Shown here: one piece after another, positions 29,563-41,000 of the stretch
Numbering within the stretch: the first letter of the stretch is position 1
Layout: each line of letters begins with the position of its first letter
Assembly: GCA_046735395.1 (NCBI GenBank)
Contig: JBJKQR010000018.1
Location: 1 to 64,000, forward strand
DNA length: 64,000 bases
Direction of reading: 5' to 3'
Source of the DNA: Fidelibacterota bacterium
GTDB taxonomy: Bacteria > Fidelibacterota > Fidelibacteria > Fidelibacterales > DSDE01
Made by a program: the position numbers and the translations under genes
Notes under the pieces: model-generated
What the model was told of the DNA's origin: nothing
What the model saw: only the letters and a program-made list of their open reading frames with translations
Databases searched by the model: none

Positions 29563-30243
29563 ATGAAAAAACGGATTGCGGCACTTCTCGTGGTGGTTTT
29601 GATCATATTGAGCGCCTGCGGGGCAAATAAATATATGATCAAGGATACGTCGGAATACAATACGGTGACAAAAATGATTCTGGGTGACTGGAAGGTGAAG
29701 ACCTTTCTTTCCGGTGATGAAAACATGATGGATACCGTATATAAAATGGGCGGTGAGGCCAGTCTAAGTTTCACGGATCGGTCGATCAAATTCGCCTTTC
29801 ATGTGGACAAAGCCCTGGTGGATGAACGGTCGAAGGACTGGCTGGATCAGTGGCCGAGTATTGTGGTGAATGATTACCGGGTGACGGTGACCGGAACCTG
29901 GAGCGTGGATGAAGTGAGCGGTGATCCCACCTTCTGGTTCGGCGATAAACCGATGGTCGATCTGGAACTGGACGGCAGCGGTGAAAATTTCGAAAGCTTC
30001 TGGGCCTGGGAGAAAACAAAGTTTGCTGCGACAGCAGCGACAGCGCAGAGCGATTTCGGCGGGGGGCTTGCCGGCCTGGCCATGAATAAGATGGCGACTT
30101 CGGCGATGAAAAAAGCAACCAAGACAAGCTTCTATCCCAAAATGCCCTCATCCGCTCTCGGTTATGACATTCAGCTCAGTGCTGATAAAAGCAATCTGAA
30201 GCTGATGAGAAAAAATAAGGTGATTTGGGAATTCGAACGTTAG
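29563..30243 (+). CDS. Lipoprotein, lipocalin-like beta-barrel
   Basis: LSAC lipobox; ILGDWKV and GTWSV motifs. Confidence 0.75.
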   Translation: MKKRIAALLVVVLIILSACGANKYMIKDTSEYNTVTKMILGDWKVKTFLSGDENMMDTVYKMGGEASLSFTDRSIKFAFHVDKALVDERSKDWLDQWPSIVVNDYRVTVTGTWSVDEVSGDPTFWFGDKPMVDLELDGSGENFESFWAWEKTKFAATAATAQSDFGGGLAGLAMNKMATSAMKKATKTSFYPKMPSSALGYDIQLSADKSNLKLMRKNKVIWEFER

Positions 30244-30263
30244 GTTTCCCCGGACTATCGAAG

Positions 30264-30295
30264 AAAAAGGCTGCCTTTCGGCGGCCTTTTTTTTT
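30264..30295 (+). terminator. Intrinsic terminator
   Basis: aaaaaggctgcc-tttc-ggcggcc followed by T9. Confidence 0.85.
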
Positions 30296-30697
30296 GTATG
30301 GAAAAAGTTAAACGTTTCGGATCATATTTCGTTGTGACAGGAATCGAGATGTGTGCTGTTTGATATAAAATAGTTGTTATAAAATATAAATGTAATAACA
30401 ATTAATATTTACAACCAGACATTCGCGGCCCGGAGGTTCTGAGTTAATGAATGCCGAGTGATCTGGTTGCGGCCGGCCTGTGATTCGGGGCCGCAGAACC
30501 CGTTTTGTAAAAGAAATGCAGTTAAATCGTATAATTAGTATTAAAACTGAAATAATATTAGCATATAATAATTATTATATATAATGATATATGAATAATA
30601 TTCTAAATAGCCCATTATAAAGCAATATTATTAAAATATGTACGATAATATGGCCGATTAAAACAGTCTGCGAAGGACGCAGGAAATTTCATTCGAA

Positions 30698-31206
30698 TCA
30701 ATATTCCACAAAGTTAAAAGGCGGGCTGAAGGTCGCTAATGCTGTCCCAGTCTGCATATCGCGGATTTTGATCGAATCCATCGCTGTGCCTTTCATTTTT
30801 CCCATATACAACGCTAACCCAGCTGAATATATCTTTTTTGCCTGCATAATTTCCAAAAACTTCCAAACCACAGGATAGATGGCGACTCTGTTTTGATCCG
30901 GATAAATCATTAATTTTTCATCCCGGACCATTTTTTCAAACTCTGCGTTGTCTTCTTTTTCCAGGTATGGCTGATTCAGGGTTGATTCAGAGGAGTCTGA
31001 TGACACAAAGGCTATTTATAATGATGATGAGACAGTGCCTTCGGGAAAACAATAAGGGCAATAATGATGACAGCGTCTGCCAGTACGGATAGGACATACT
31101 TCCTGTTGAGGCGGGTCCTGTTCTTGGTCGCAGTACCACAATGCGGGCAGGTCTTTTTCTCTGATATCACGCTGTGACTGCATTCTTCACAGGGTTTCAA
31201 GGTCAT
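30698..31206 (-). pseudogene. Zinc-ribbon + TM + soluble-domain gene split by a probable 1-nt frameshift
   Basis: ORFs 31012-31206 (CxxC..CxxC, TM) and 30698-31006 fuse in frame if one A is added at ...tat aaa [a]ta gcc ttt gtg... Confidence 0.5.
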
Positions 31207-31407
31207 GATTTTTCTTCACTAAATTTTGTTGGTACATCTACGTTTTCCTTAGAAAACTGTCCAACTTGAATATGGGCACATCCGAAAGTAAAAAACTCTC
31301 ATGCCTCACCAGACCATTTCAAAAATTCTTAACGAAACAACAAGCGCAGTATCATACTATTTAAGCTGAATAATTGCAACGTAAAAGAGAGCATTAGCCC
31401 TGGTGCA

Positions 31408-31435
31408 AGAAAGGGAAGCTTTCGCTTCCCTTTCT
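31408..31435 (-). terminator. Hairpin terminator downstream of the wzc-like gene
   Basis: agaaagggaagc-tttc-gcttccctttct perfect 12-bp stem. Confidence 0.7.
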
Positions 31436-31495
31436 ATCTGTATTTCAGTTACTTAGTATCTTCTGTTCGTTGACCGGAACTTCTTTTTTTACCGT

Positions 31496-33811
31496 CTAAT
31501 ATTTGTAGTGATAATATTTGTGATAATAGTAATAGGACCCGGTCATATTATTGGGATTCACGTTATTGACGACGGCGCCGAGGAGCGGAGTCTTGGACTG
31601 ATCCACGAGGCCCTTGGCGTAATTAAGCAGTTCCTTGTAGGTATGTCCGGAGCTGACTACGAAGAGCATGGAATCCACGAAGGTTCCGACGACGGTGGAG
31701 TCGGTGACGGCGATGACAGGCGGAGCGTCGTAGAAGATGCGGTCAAAACGTTCGAGCAGGCCTTGATGAAGTTCCCGCATTTTATTGCTGCCGAGCGTTT
31801 CGCTGGGATTGGGGGGGATATTGCCGCTGGGAATAATGTAAAGATTATCGAACTCGGTCTTGTAGATGATATCATCAAGGGATACGCGGCCCATGACGGC
31901 ATCGACCAGCCCCGGAACGCGGTTAATCTTGAAGAGCTTGTGTACCACCGGTTTGCGGAGATCCGTATCGATCAGGACGGTTTTGTAATCCATCTGGGCA
32001 TAGGCGAGGGCGAGGTTTGCGATGGTGGTGGATTTTCCTTCGCCGGGACCGCAGGAGGTGACGACGACGGAGCGGATGCGGTCTTCCACCCGGCTCAGTT
32101 CAATATTGGTTCTCAGTGTACGATAGGCTTCCGAAACGGGTGATTTACTGTCGAGATTGACAATAAGCCGGCTCTGGAAGTTCGTGACGAATTCGTCGCC
32201 GCTTTTTTCCGCGGCCTTCTTGCGCAGCGATTCTGTATCCATGGACGGCACCATGGCCATGACGGGGAATCCGGCCTTCTGCACATCTTCCTTGCTCTTG
32301 ATGGTATTATCGAGAAATTCACGGATGAAAATGATGCCGATGCCGAGGCCGAGGCCGAGAAAACCGCCGAGGAGAATGTTCATCTTTTTCTTGGGCTTGA
32401 TGGGGAATTTGGCCGGGACAGCTTCATCGACGACGTACACATTGCCGATCTGGCTGGCTTCCGTGATACGTGATTCCTCGAAGCGCTGCTTCATCATGAG
32501 GTAAAGTTTCTCATTGACCTGCCGGTCCCGTTCGAGGCGGGCATAGGCGATGACCTTGACCGGGAGTTTTTCCAGTTCACCATTATAAAAGTCCACGAGC
32601 CGCTTGTATTCCAGAACCTTGGCATCATTGCTGATCTGTTCGGTCTGCAGCCGGACAATATCCTTGAGCATATCCTGATTGACGCCCATGGGGTCATCCG
32701 GGCCCGGGACATAGCCGGAGTTGAGCAGACGCTGCGTTTCCGTATTCAGACGCTTCTTGTAAATTTTTATCTGGTCGGAAAATTCCTTGTACTGGGAGGA
32801 CTTCTCGTCATATCCCTGCGTTTCGACCTGAACAATTTTTGATTCCAGATCCGCGATTTTGAACTGGAGATTCAGAATGAGGGGATTGGAGGTCTGGATT
32901 ACGGATTTGAGGAGTTCCTTTTCCTTGACGGAAAGCTGGTCTTCCAGATATTTCAACTGTTTCAGAATAACCTGTTTTTCCGCTTCCGCTGTATTGTAGA
33001 CAGATTCGAAATCAGAGAGTTTGGTGATGAGTTCCTGAGAGGCGACGTCCAGATTGACCACACCCTGTCTCTGCTGATAAGCCTGCAGCGTATCCTCGCT
33101 GGTTTTCAGATTACTTTCAATTGTGGTCAGCTGGGTCTTGAGAAAGTCCTTGACCTCACCCATGGCGCCGCGGCTGCGTTCCAAATCCAGATCATAATAC
33201 TGCTCGGCCATGACATTGACGACGAGAGCGGCTTCTGCAGCGCTTTTTGACTGATAGGTAATGCGGATGGCCTGTGTTTCCCGGATCGTGGAAATATTGA
33301 TGCTTTCCTGAAGGTCCGTGGCCAGATCCCGGTTGATTTCCGCTTCACTCGGGACGCGTTCAGTTGAATCACCCTGGTTCCCGAGCAGGAGAAGCCACTG
33401 TGTAAATTTTTGCAGCGGGCTTTTATCTTCCTGATCCTTTTTCCGTCCGCCCAGCACAAAAAGGCTGTCCTGTGCATGAGATTTTTTCAGGGCTGCAATA
33501 GTCCGTTCCGCAAGTTTGCGGGATTTGACGATCTCCAGTTCATTATTGACCTTCATCTGATTTGAGCCGAAGGGCGACATGAGATCGAACATGCCGGCGG
33601 CGGCATCCCCGGAATTTTCGATGAGCAGAAGAGTAGAGGATTCATAAATTGGATCGGTGGTGAAGGTGTACCAGGCCGTTGCCGCTATGACGAGAATGAA
33701 GGAAAGTACGATAATCCATTTTCCCTGAAGAATGATCCGGAATATTTCCTGTATATTGATTTCCTCTTCTTCATCAAAGCGCGTATATGGATTCTGAGGG
33801 TTTTGGTTCAT
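31496..33811 (-). CDS. wzc: Polysaccharide co-polymerase / tyrosine autokinase (Wzc/GumC family)
   Basis: Two TM helices, coiled coil, PIKPKK, EAYRTLRTN, Walker A GPGEGKS, IDTDLRKP, C-terminal Tyr cluster YYYYHKYYHYKY. Confidence 0.92.
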   Translation of the reverse strand: MNQNPQNPYTRFDEEEEINIQEIFRIILQGKWIIVLSFILVIAATAWYTFTTDPIYESSTLLLIENSGDAAAGMFDLMSPFGSNQMKVNNELEIVKSRKLAERTIAALKKSHAQDSLFVLGGRKKDQEDKSPLQKFTQWLLLLGNQGDSTERVPSEAEINRDLATDLQESINISTIRETQAIRITYQSKSAAEAALVVNVMAEQYYDLDLERSRGAMGEVKDFLKTQLTTIESNLKTSEDTLQAYQQRQGVVNLDVASQELITKLSDFESVYNTAEAEKQVILKQLKYLEDQLSVKEKELLKSVIQTSNPLILNLQFKIADLESKIVQVETQGYDEKSSQYKEFSDQIKIYKKRLNTETQRLLNSGYVPGPDDPMGVNQDMLKDIVRLQTEQISNDAKVLEYKRLVDFYNGELEKLPVKVIAYARLERDRQVNEKLYLMMKQRFEESRITEASQIGNVYVVDEAVPAKFPIKPKKKMNILLGGFLGLGLGIGIIFIREFLDNTIKSKEDVQKAGFPVMAMVPSMDTESLRKKAAEKSGDEFVTNFQSRLIVNLDSKSPVSEAYRTLRTNIELSRVEDRIRSVVVTSCGPGEGKSTTIANLALAYAQMDYKTVLIDTDLRKPVVHKLFKINRVPGLVDAVMGRVSLDDIIYKTEFDNLYIIPSGNIPPNPSETLGSNKMRELHQGLLERFDRIFYDAPPVIAVTDSTVVGTFVDSMLFVVSSGHTYKELLNYAKGLVDQSKTPLLGAVVNNVNPNNMTGSYYYYHKYYHYKY

Positions 33812-33874
33812 TTTATTTCCTTGTCAGTTCAAAATTCAGCCACGTAATATAGGAAATTATCCAAAGTGGCGCAT

Positions 33875-34828
33875 TCAATTATTTTTCACTTCCCGCAGGG
33901 AGATGCCGGAGCGGAAAAAGTATATGGTACCGAGAAAAGTGATGGGGATGAAGCCGGCGAGATGCATCATGACGGCAAAGGCCAGTGCCTGCGACTTGTC
34001 CACGGAGAGAAAGGTGAGGATGGCAATGAGGCCGCTGTGATAGGTGCCCAGGGAACCGGGTGCGGAGGGTATGGACACGGCGAAGGTCGAGGCCGCCAGC
34101 ACAAGCGCCGCATCCGCAACGGAAAGATGAAATCCGAAGGCCTGAAAACCGATGAAGTAATGGCATCCGTAGATCAGCCAGAGAAAAAGGGATGTGGAAA
34201 TGATTTTCCAGTAATCGTCCATTTTAAACAGCGCGGCCAGTGACAGATGGAATTCCTTGAGCATTTTACTGACGGGACTGGTTTTTTCCGACAGGTAGAG
34301 GGTGATCCGATAACTGTTGCGCCGATAGAAAACGAGAAGAATGATCAGGAGGAGAATTACGATCAACAGGTAGTACCGGGTTTTTCCGGCCCAATCCGGC
34401 AGAGCGGCGCCGAAGGACATGATGAGGAAAACGGCAAAAAAGGCCAGCAGATCCAGAAAACGGTCGGCGACCACGGTGGGAACGAGCTTTACCGTACCGA
34501 TACCCGTAAAGCGGGCGGCGACATAGGCGCGAAGCAGTTCACCGAGGCGAAAGGGCAGTACATTGTTTCCGAAATATCCGATCATGACGCTTTTGTACAG
34601 AGGATACACGCGGGTCTGCCCCAGGGGCTTGATAATGTACTTCCAGCGCAGCGCCCGGACATATATGGACAGAACCATGAGAACCATGGTGGAAGAATAC
34701 CAGGCGAGGTGGATATAACGAATCTGTTCGCTCACCGTGTGCCAGTTGATACCCCAGAAGGCGTATACTACGGCAATTACAGAGACAGCAAGTCCTGCGT
34801 AATTCAAGATGCGGCGGGTATGCTTCAT
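33875..34828 (-). CDS. Lysylphosphatidylglycerol synthase TM-domain / flippase-like protein (UPF0104)
   Basis: RALRW, GYFGNNVLPFRLGELLRAY, DRFLD, PSAPGSLGTY. Confidence 0.88.
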   Translation of the reverse strand: MKHTRRILNYAGLAVSVIAVVYAFWGINWHTVSEQIRYIHLAWYSSTMVLMVLSIYVRALRWKYIIKPLGQTRVYPLYKSVMIGYFGNNVLPFRLGELLRAYVAARFTGIGTVKLVPTVVADRFLDLLAFFAVFLIMSFGAALPDWAGKTRYYLLIVILLLIILLVFYRRNSYRITLYLSEKTSPVSKMLKEFHLSLAALFKMDDYWKIISTSLFLWLIYGCHYFIGFQAFGFHLSVADAALVLAASTFAVSIPSAPGSLGTYHSGLIAILTFLSVDKSQALAFAVMMHLAGFIPITFLGTIYFFRSGISLREVKNN

Positions 34829-34835
34829 AGGGCGG

Positions 34836-35408
34836 TCAACTGAAGGTTCGTTTGCTGATCATGGCCAGAAATTCACTGCGGGTTTCCATGTCATCATGAA
34901 ATTCTCCGAGCATGGCGGAGGTGGTGGTGAAGGAATTCTTCTTTTCCACACCGCGCATCTGCATGCACATATGCTGGCCTTCCACGACCACTCCGATACC
35001 GATGGGATTCAGGATGCCCTGCAGTGCGTCGGCAATCTGCTGAGTCATACGCTCCTGTATCTGCAGCCGGCGCGAATACATTTCAACAATGCGGGGGATT
35101 TTGCTGAGTCCGATCACCTTACCGTTGGGGATATAGCCCACGTGAGCCACACCGAAAAAGGGCAGCATATGATGTTCACAGAGTGAAAAGAAATCGATGT
35201 CCCGGACTACGACCATTCCCTGTGAACTTTCATTGTAAATGGCGTCACCCACCACGTCATTCAGGGTGAGATGATACCCTTTGGCGAGAAATTCCCAGGA
35301 TCGGGCGACACGGTCCGGTGTCTTCAGCAACCCTTCCCGCTCGGGATCTTCCCCGATTTCAACCAGAAGCCGGCTGATAATGTGCGATATGTTTTCCCTG
35401 TTTGTCAT
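34836..35408 (-). CDS. folE: GTP cyclohydrolase I
   Basis: [42 protein letters not shown]. Confidence 0.97.
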   Translation of the reverse strand: MTNRENISHIISRLLVEIGEDPEREGLLKTPDRVARSWEFLAKGYHLTLNDVVGDAIYNESSQGMVVVRDIDFFSLCEHHMLPFFGVAHVGYIPNGKVIGLSKIPRIVEMYSRRLQIQERMTQQIADALQGILNPIGIGVVVEGQHMCMQMRGVEKKNSFTTTSAMLGEFHDDMETRSEFLAMISKRTFS

Positions 35409-35830
35409 ACAGGAGTCCTTTCTATGACGAATTTTGAGGATAAATCCTCATTTTCCGCAACCTCCACAGAGATGAGATGAACAGGCTGAGGAAAACTGTC
35501 CTTGAGTTTATTATAGATAAAGAGACACAGATTTTCCGTGGTCGGCAGATGATCGCTGAACCAGGAATGCGCCTCATTAATATAGTTTGTATCGAATACC
35601 TGCAGAACCTGCCGCGTCACCACATCGTCGATTTCATTAAAATCCATCAGCATGCCCGAACCGGGATCAACCTGTCCCTGCAGGCCGATGATCAGAGAGA
35701 AATTATGTCCGTGAATGCGTGAATAAAGGCCGTATTTCTGAAAATTGGCATCCTCAGACAAGGAGTCGTCCCAATATCGATGGGCAGCAGAAAAGCAGCA
35801 TTTGTGGTAGAGGGTATGCATACCGCTCAT
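35405..35830 (-). CDS. 6-pyruvoyl-tetrahydropterin synthase family, atypical copy lacking the active-site Cys/Glu
   Basis: [30 protein letters not shown] at the active site. Confidence 0.85.
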   Translation of the reverse strand: MSGMHTLYHKCCFSAAHRYWDDSLSEDANFQKYGLYSRIHGHNFSLIIGLQGQVDPGSGMLMDFNEIDDVVTRQVLQVFDTNYINEAHSWFSDHLPTTENLCLFIYNKLKDSFPQPVHLISVEVAENEDLSSKFVIERTPV

Positions 35831-36234
35831 TCTCCCCGGTACACGACCCAGTTGTTGTCAGTTTCCCAGAGTCTGATCTCGTGGAGCATGCCCTCGGGTA
35901 GCAGGGTTTGAAGTTCTTTCCAGATGCCGACAGCCAGGTTTTCGGATGTGGGGACAATGTCCTTCATGAAATCTGTATCATAATTGATGAATTTGTGGTC
36001 CAGTTTTGAAAGGATCCTGTCTTCCAGCAGTTTTTTCAGATCCTTGAGATCAATGATCATTCCCGTATCTCCGGGGATCTCACCCTTCACGGTCACTTCC
36101 AGCGTATAATTGTGTCCGTGTCCGTTCTCCCAGCTGCACTTTCCGTAGGTTTCGCGGTTTTTTTCATCGCTGAATCCGGGATTTCGCAGTATATGCGAGG
36201 CGCTGAACTGCACCTTTTTAGTAAGATATATCAT
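35827..36234 (-). CDS. 6-pyruvoyl-tetrahydropterin synthase (PTPS/QueD family)
   Basis: FSASH, KCSWENGHGHNY, GMIIDL, LDHK, PTSENL, LWET. Confidence 0.9.
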   Translation of the reverse strand: MIYLTKKVQFSASHILRNPGFSDEKNRETYGKCSWENGHGHNYTLEVTVKGEIPGDTGMIIDLKDLKKLLEDRILSKLDHKFINYDTDFMKDIVPTSENLAVGIWKELQTLLPEGMLHEIRLWETDNNWVVYRGE

Positions 36235-36236
36235 AA

Positions 36237-36419
36237 TTATTCCAGCTCAGGCTGAATTTCCAGCCCTTCCTGAATCATTTTCTCCTGAAGTTCAAACCGT
36301 TCCCGGCAGTTTTTGCAGTACCAGAAACCTTCGGATAAGGGGAGTTCCTTCAGATCGTCACTGCTGCCGCAGAAATTGCACACTTCTCCTTCAGGAGCTT
36401 TTTTTGTCTCCGTTTTCAT
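36237..36419 (-). CDS. Small zinc-finger protein (60 aa)
   Basis: CNFC...CKNC; stop 2 nt before the PTPS start. Confidence 0.65.
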   Translation of the reverse strand: MKTETKKAPEGEVCNFCGSSDDLKELPLSEGFWYCKNCRERFELQEKMIQEGLEIQPELE

Positions 36420-36745
36420 GCTGTGAATTTATCGCCTTCTCTCAGATATTACAACTGCTATTCGGGTTGGCAAAGGGTTCCTGTGACCTGATCCGGTATG
36501 CGATGCCAGGTGTCTCATTAAAGGAAATATCAGACTTCGGGTCCCTTCTCTGTGACGAAAATGGCATGGGTACTTTGAAGGGATACTTGCCATGCGGCTG
36601 CTATTTGGATAAATTCGCGCATGAATTTCAGCACCGATATGGTCGTCCCGCGTGGATCAGGGAATGCGTTTTCCTATTGTATCCGCATTGTGAGGGATGA
36701 GCGTCCGGTATTATTGGGAAGTATCCCGGGAAGGAAAGGACACCC

Positions 36746-37951
36746 ATGCGAAAAACTGTCGCTGCCCTGCTGTCAATTGCACTGATGATGAGCTGCCAGA
36801 CTCAGTCCGACAAAGATAAACAGATTATGGAAACAGCAAAAAAGCTGGCTCAGAGCTTTGTTATTGTGGATACGCATATTGATTATCCCCTGAAACAGGA
36901 ACGAAAATTTCTCAATCCTGAACTGCTGGATACGACGCGGAATTTCGATATCCCCCGTGCAATGAAGGGAGGGCTGAACCTGCCATTTTTTGCGCTCTAT
37001 ATTTCCCCTCATCATCAGCTGGACGGAACATCATATCAGGCTGCAGAGGATGTGTTCGCGGTGATTGATAAAATGAAGGACCACTATTCGGATTCGCTGC
37101 AGCTCGTCACCAGCGCGTCAGATTTCCGGAAAAATTTCGAAACAAATCCCCGGAAAGTATACATGGGTCTTGGAATGGAAAACGGGGCGCCGATCGAGAA
37201 GGATCTGAGCCGTATCAAAATGTATTACGACCGGGGTGTCCGCTATCTCACGCTTTGTCACGGGAAGGACAACCAGATCTGCGACTCGTCCTACGACAGC
37301 ACACAGACCTGGCAGGGCCTCTCGCCCTTCGGCCATCAGGTTGTGGCCGAAATGAACCGCGTGGGGATGATGATCGATGTGGCCCATGTCTCCGATTCCA
37401 CTTTTTACCAGGTCGTGCGCGAAAGCCGGGTTCCGGTCATCGCCACACACAGCGCCTGCCGACATTTTACACCGGGTTTTGAACGGAATCTGAGCGATGA
37501 TATGATCCGGAAACTTGCACAGTCCGGCGGGCTGATCATGATCAATTTCGGGTCCACCTTCGTTCGCCCGGAAATCAATGCCCAGGCCCAGGCCGGTGAA
37601 CGCTATGCGGAGGAGGAACGGGTCAAGCGCGGCCTTACCGAGGGCGATCCCGAATACCGTGCGCTGGTTAAAGCCTACCGGGAAGCTCATCCGCTGCCCC
37701 TGGCCGATGTGTCCGACGTGGCCAGGAATATCGTCTATGCCGTAAAACTGGCCGGGATCGATCGTGTGGGTATCGGATCTGATTTTGAAGGCCTCGGCAA
37801 CACGCTTCCAACCGGTTTGACCGATGTGAGCATGTATCCCAATCTACTTGCGGAACTGCTGAAGGCCGGTCTTTCGGAACAGGATATTAAAAAGATTTGC
37901 GGTGAGAATTTTCTGAATTATTGGGAAAAAGTGCAGGAAGCCGCGGGCTGA
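36746..37951 (+). CDS. Membrane dipeptidase (peptidase M19) lipoprotein
   Basis: Lipobox MMSC; DTHID, GMENG, LTLCH, IDVAHVS, ATHS, RNLSD, IGSDFEG. Confidence 0.92.
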   Translation: MRKTVAALLSIALMMSCQTQSDKDKQIMETAKKLAQSFVIVDTHIDYPLKQERKFLNPELLDTTRNFDIPRAMKGGLNLPFFALYISPHHQLDGTSYQAAEDVFAVIDKMKDHYSDSLQLVTSASDFRKNFETNPRKVYMGLGMENGAPIEKDLSRIKMYYDRGVRYLTLCHGKDNQICDSSYDSTQTWQGLSPFGHQVVAEMNRVGMMIDVAHVSDSTFYQVVRESRVPVIATHSACRHFTPGFERNLSDDMIRKLAQSGGLIMINFGSTFVRPEINAQAQAGERYAEEERVKRGLTEGDPEYRALVKAYREAHPLPLADVSDVARNIVYAVKLAGIDRVGIGSDFEGLGNTLPTGLTDVSMYPNLLAELLKAGLSEQDIKKICGENFLNYWEKVQEAAG

Positions 37952-38077
37952 GAAGGCCCTCATCTGCCCGGTATTACCGGCTTCTGAGTTTTTCCACACA
38001 GCAATATTTTACATGGAAATGGGAGAATTTTAGTAGTATCTTCCTCCGCATGATTCGTATTTACGGACCCCTGACAA

Positions 38078-41000
38078 ATGCAGTTTCAAGATAAAAAATC
38101 AACCACATCTCACCATCAACCGGACGCTCATATACTGAATCAGCTGTATCTCTCCAATATACAGCGGGGAAAGCTGTTTTCAGTTTTTATCATGGTAATT
38201 CTCTTTCCTCTGTTGTTTCTGGATTATTTACGCTTTCAACCCCTGACCGGGGAAATGTACCAGGGCGGCCAGCTGGTGTTCATCGGACATCTCTTTTCCT
38301 TTCTCCTCATCGTGCTGTGCTTTCTGCTGGCGCTTCGCTACAATTCCCTGGAACGGACGGGTGTGACACAGCGCTACCGGGTGGCGGTGAATACTCTGCT
38401 GTATCTGCTCCTGATGAGCACGACACTTGTTTCGGCCGGAGATATCATGATGGGAACGGGTATCGCCAATTATCTCAGTGCCATCATGCTGTTCTCGATC
38501 CTGGTCTATTTCCCGCGCTGGTTCAGCGTTTTCTTCTTCTTTTCCATGACTCTGGCGCTGAGCGTATTTATCCATTATGTCGGGACGGATCGGGACCAGA
38601 TGCTGACCAATCTGTATGTGTATACCTTCATTGCCTTTGCAGCCTCCCGCTACATGTATTACATGAAGAAGAATGATATCCGGCTTCAGGCGGAACTGGA
38701 TAATTCCCGAAAGCTGTACAAGGCTATTTTCGACAGTTCGCCGGATCCGATTGTAATCCACGATGGTGAGCGCATCCTCAATGCCAATCAGGCCACGGCA
38801 CGGGCGCTCGGAGTTCCGTCCACAACGGAGATCATCGGCAGAGATCCCTTCCTCTTTGTTCATCCGGAGGATATCACGAAAAGCAGTTCGCGGGTTATGG
38901 AAATGATCCGGACCCACAAGGCGCTTCCGCCGGAGGAATTCAAGTTTCTGGTTCAGGGAAATGAGGAACGGACCGTTATTGCCACACCCATGCCCATTAT
39001 CTATCAGGAAAAACCTGCGATGATGGTCAATTATCATGATATCACGGATCAGAAGAGGGCTGAAAATGTTGCCCGGATCAGTGAAGACCGCGCCCATCTC
39101 CAGCGCACCGCCATCGCCCGCCTGGCCGTTGATGAAAATCTGGATGAAGGGCCTCTCGAATCCTCCTTTCAGAAACTGACGGAAACCGTGGCAAGTGTTC
39201 TGTCCGTCAACCGCTGCAGTATCTGGCTCTTTGACGAGGATCGCTTTCTTCTTGTCTGCCGCGATCTCTATGATAATATTCAACAACAGCACAAACTGGA
39301 TTCTCCTCTGACCGTTTCGGATTATCCCCGCTATTTCAATACCCTGTATAAGGAAAACCTGCTGGCCACTACCGATGTGGCCAATGATCCGCGGCTCATC
39401 GATTTTAAGAAGCCCGGAGATGAAAATCAGCCGGCACGCTCCATTATGGATTGTGCCATTAATATGGATGGCCGCCTCATCGGTGTTCTCTGCATGGAGA
39501 CGTCCGGGGATGATCATGCCTGGCTGCCCAGTGAGGAAGCATTTGCCAGCAATATTGCCTCCCTCGCCGCTCATATTCTGCTCAACAAAAAGCGGCGAGC
39601 AGCGGAGAAGGCTCTCGAGGACAGCTATAAGGTCTCCGAGATTATCAACGATATCCTCAGGAAAGTCAATTCCACCGGATCCATGGATGAATTATTTCTG
39701 ACGGTCCATCAATCGGTCAGCCGGCTTTTCAACGCACAGAATTTCTATATCGCCCTGCTGAACAAGGAAAAAACCCGAATTCATTTTCCCTATTACCGTG
39801 ATGAGATGGACAAGTGGCTGGAAGAAGGCAGCGAAAGCAACGATATTGATGCCGGGGATTCCCGGTCTCTGACGGCGCAGGTTGTCCGGGAAGGCCAGGG
39901 AATGCTTCTCGATGATAAGGCCATCAATGAAAAATTTGCGGACTCGAATGATCAGTTCTACGGCAGCCTGCCTCTACAGTGGCTGGGTGTGCCCATCCGC
40001 ATTCGCGAGGATATCATCGGCGGAATCGTAGTTCAGAGCTATAATAACCCGAACCAATATACACCTGCGGATAAAACATTTCTGGAGACGGTGGCCGAAT
40101 CCATTGCTCCGGCCTTTGAACGGATCATCGCGGAAACAGCGCTGCGGGAGAGCCGTAAAAAATATCAGGATCTGTTTGAAAAATCCGCGGATGCCAATCT
40201 CATAATTGAAAACAGTGTTTTCATAGATTTTAACCAGGCCGCACAGGATATGCTGCAATTATCAGCGGCGGACAGGCATAAAAAGATACATCCGGCCGAT
40301 ATTTCACCTGCAGCCCAACCCGATGGAGAAAATTCATTGGAAAAGTCTGAACGGATGATGCAGCTGGCCATTGATAACGGGTCAAATCGTTTCGAATGGA
40401 TACATGTCCGGGGAAACGGCGAAGCCTTTCCGACGGAAATACTCCTGACCGCTATTTATCCCGAAGATGGTAAGCCGCTCATTCATACCGTGGTGCGGGA
40501 TATTACCGAAAAGAAGAAGACCGAAGAGGCCATGCTGAAAAGTCAGCGTCTGGGCGCCATCGGGGAAATGGCCTCAGCCGTCGCCCACGATTTCAATAAT
40601 TCCCTGCAGTCCATTTTCGGAAATCTGGAACTGGCCACCATGTTCCAGAAACTGCCGGAAGAACTGAGGCAGTATCTCCACAGTATGAAAACGGCTGCGG
40701 AAGATGCGGCTACCCGGGTTCAGCTGCTGCAGCGCTTCGGCGGAAAAAAACAGAGCCGGAGTGTATATGGGCTTGTGGATATGAATCAGGTCGTTCAGGA
40801 TGTTATCCTCCAGTCCCGGCCGCTCTGGAAGGATCAGGCTGAGAAGAATGGAATCGTTATTACTATTGAAACCACGCCGGGCAGCATCCCGCCTGTTACC
40901 GGAAATGAGGGTGAACTCAGATCGGTATTGTACAATATTGTCAAAAACAGTACGGAAGCCATGCCCGAGGGCGGAAGCATCCGTATCAGTACCGACATGG

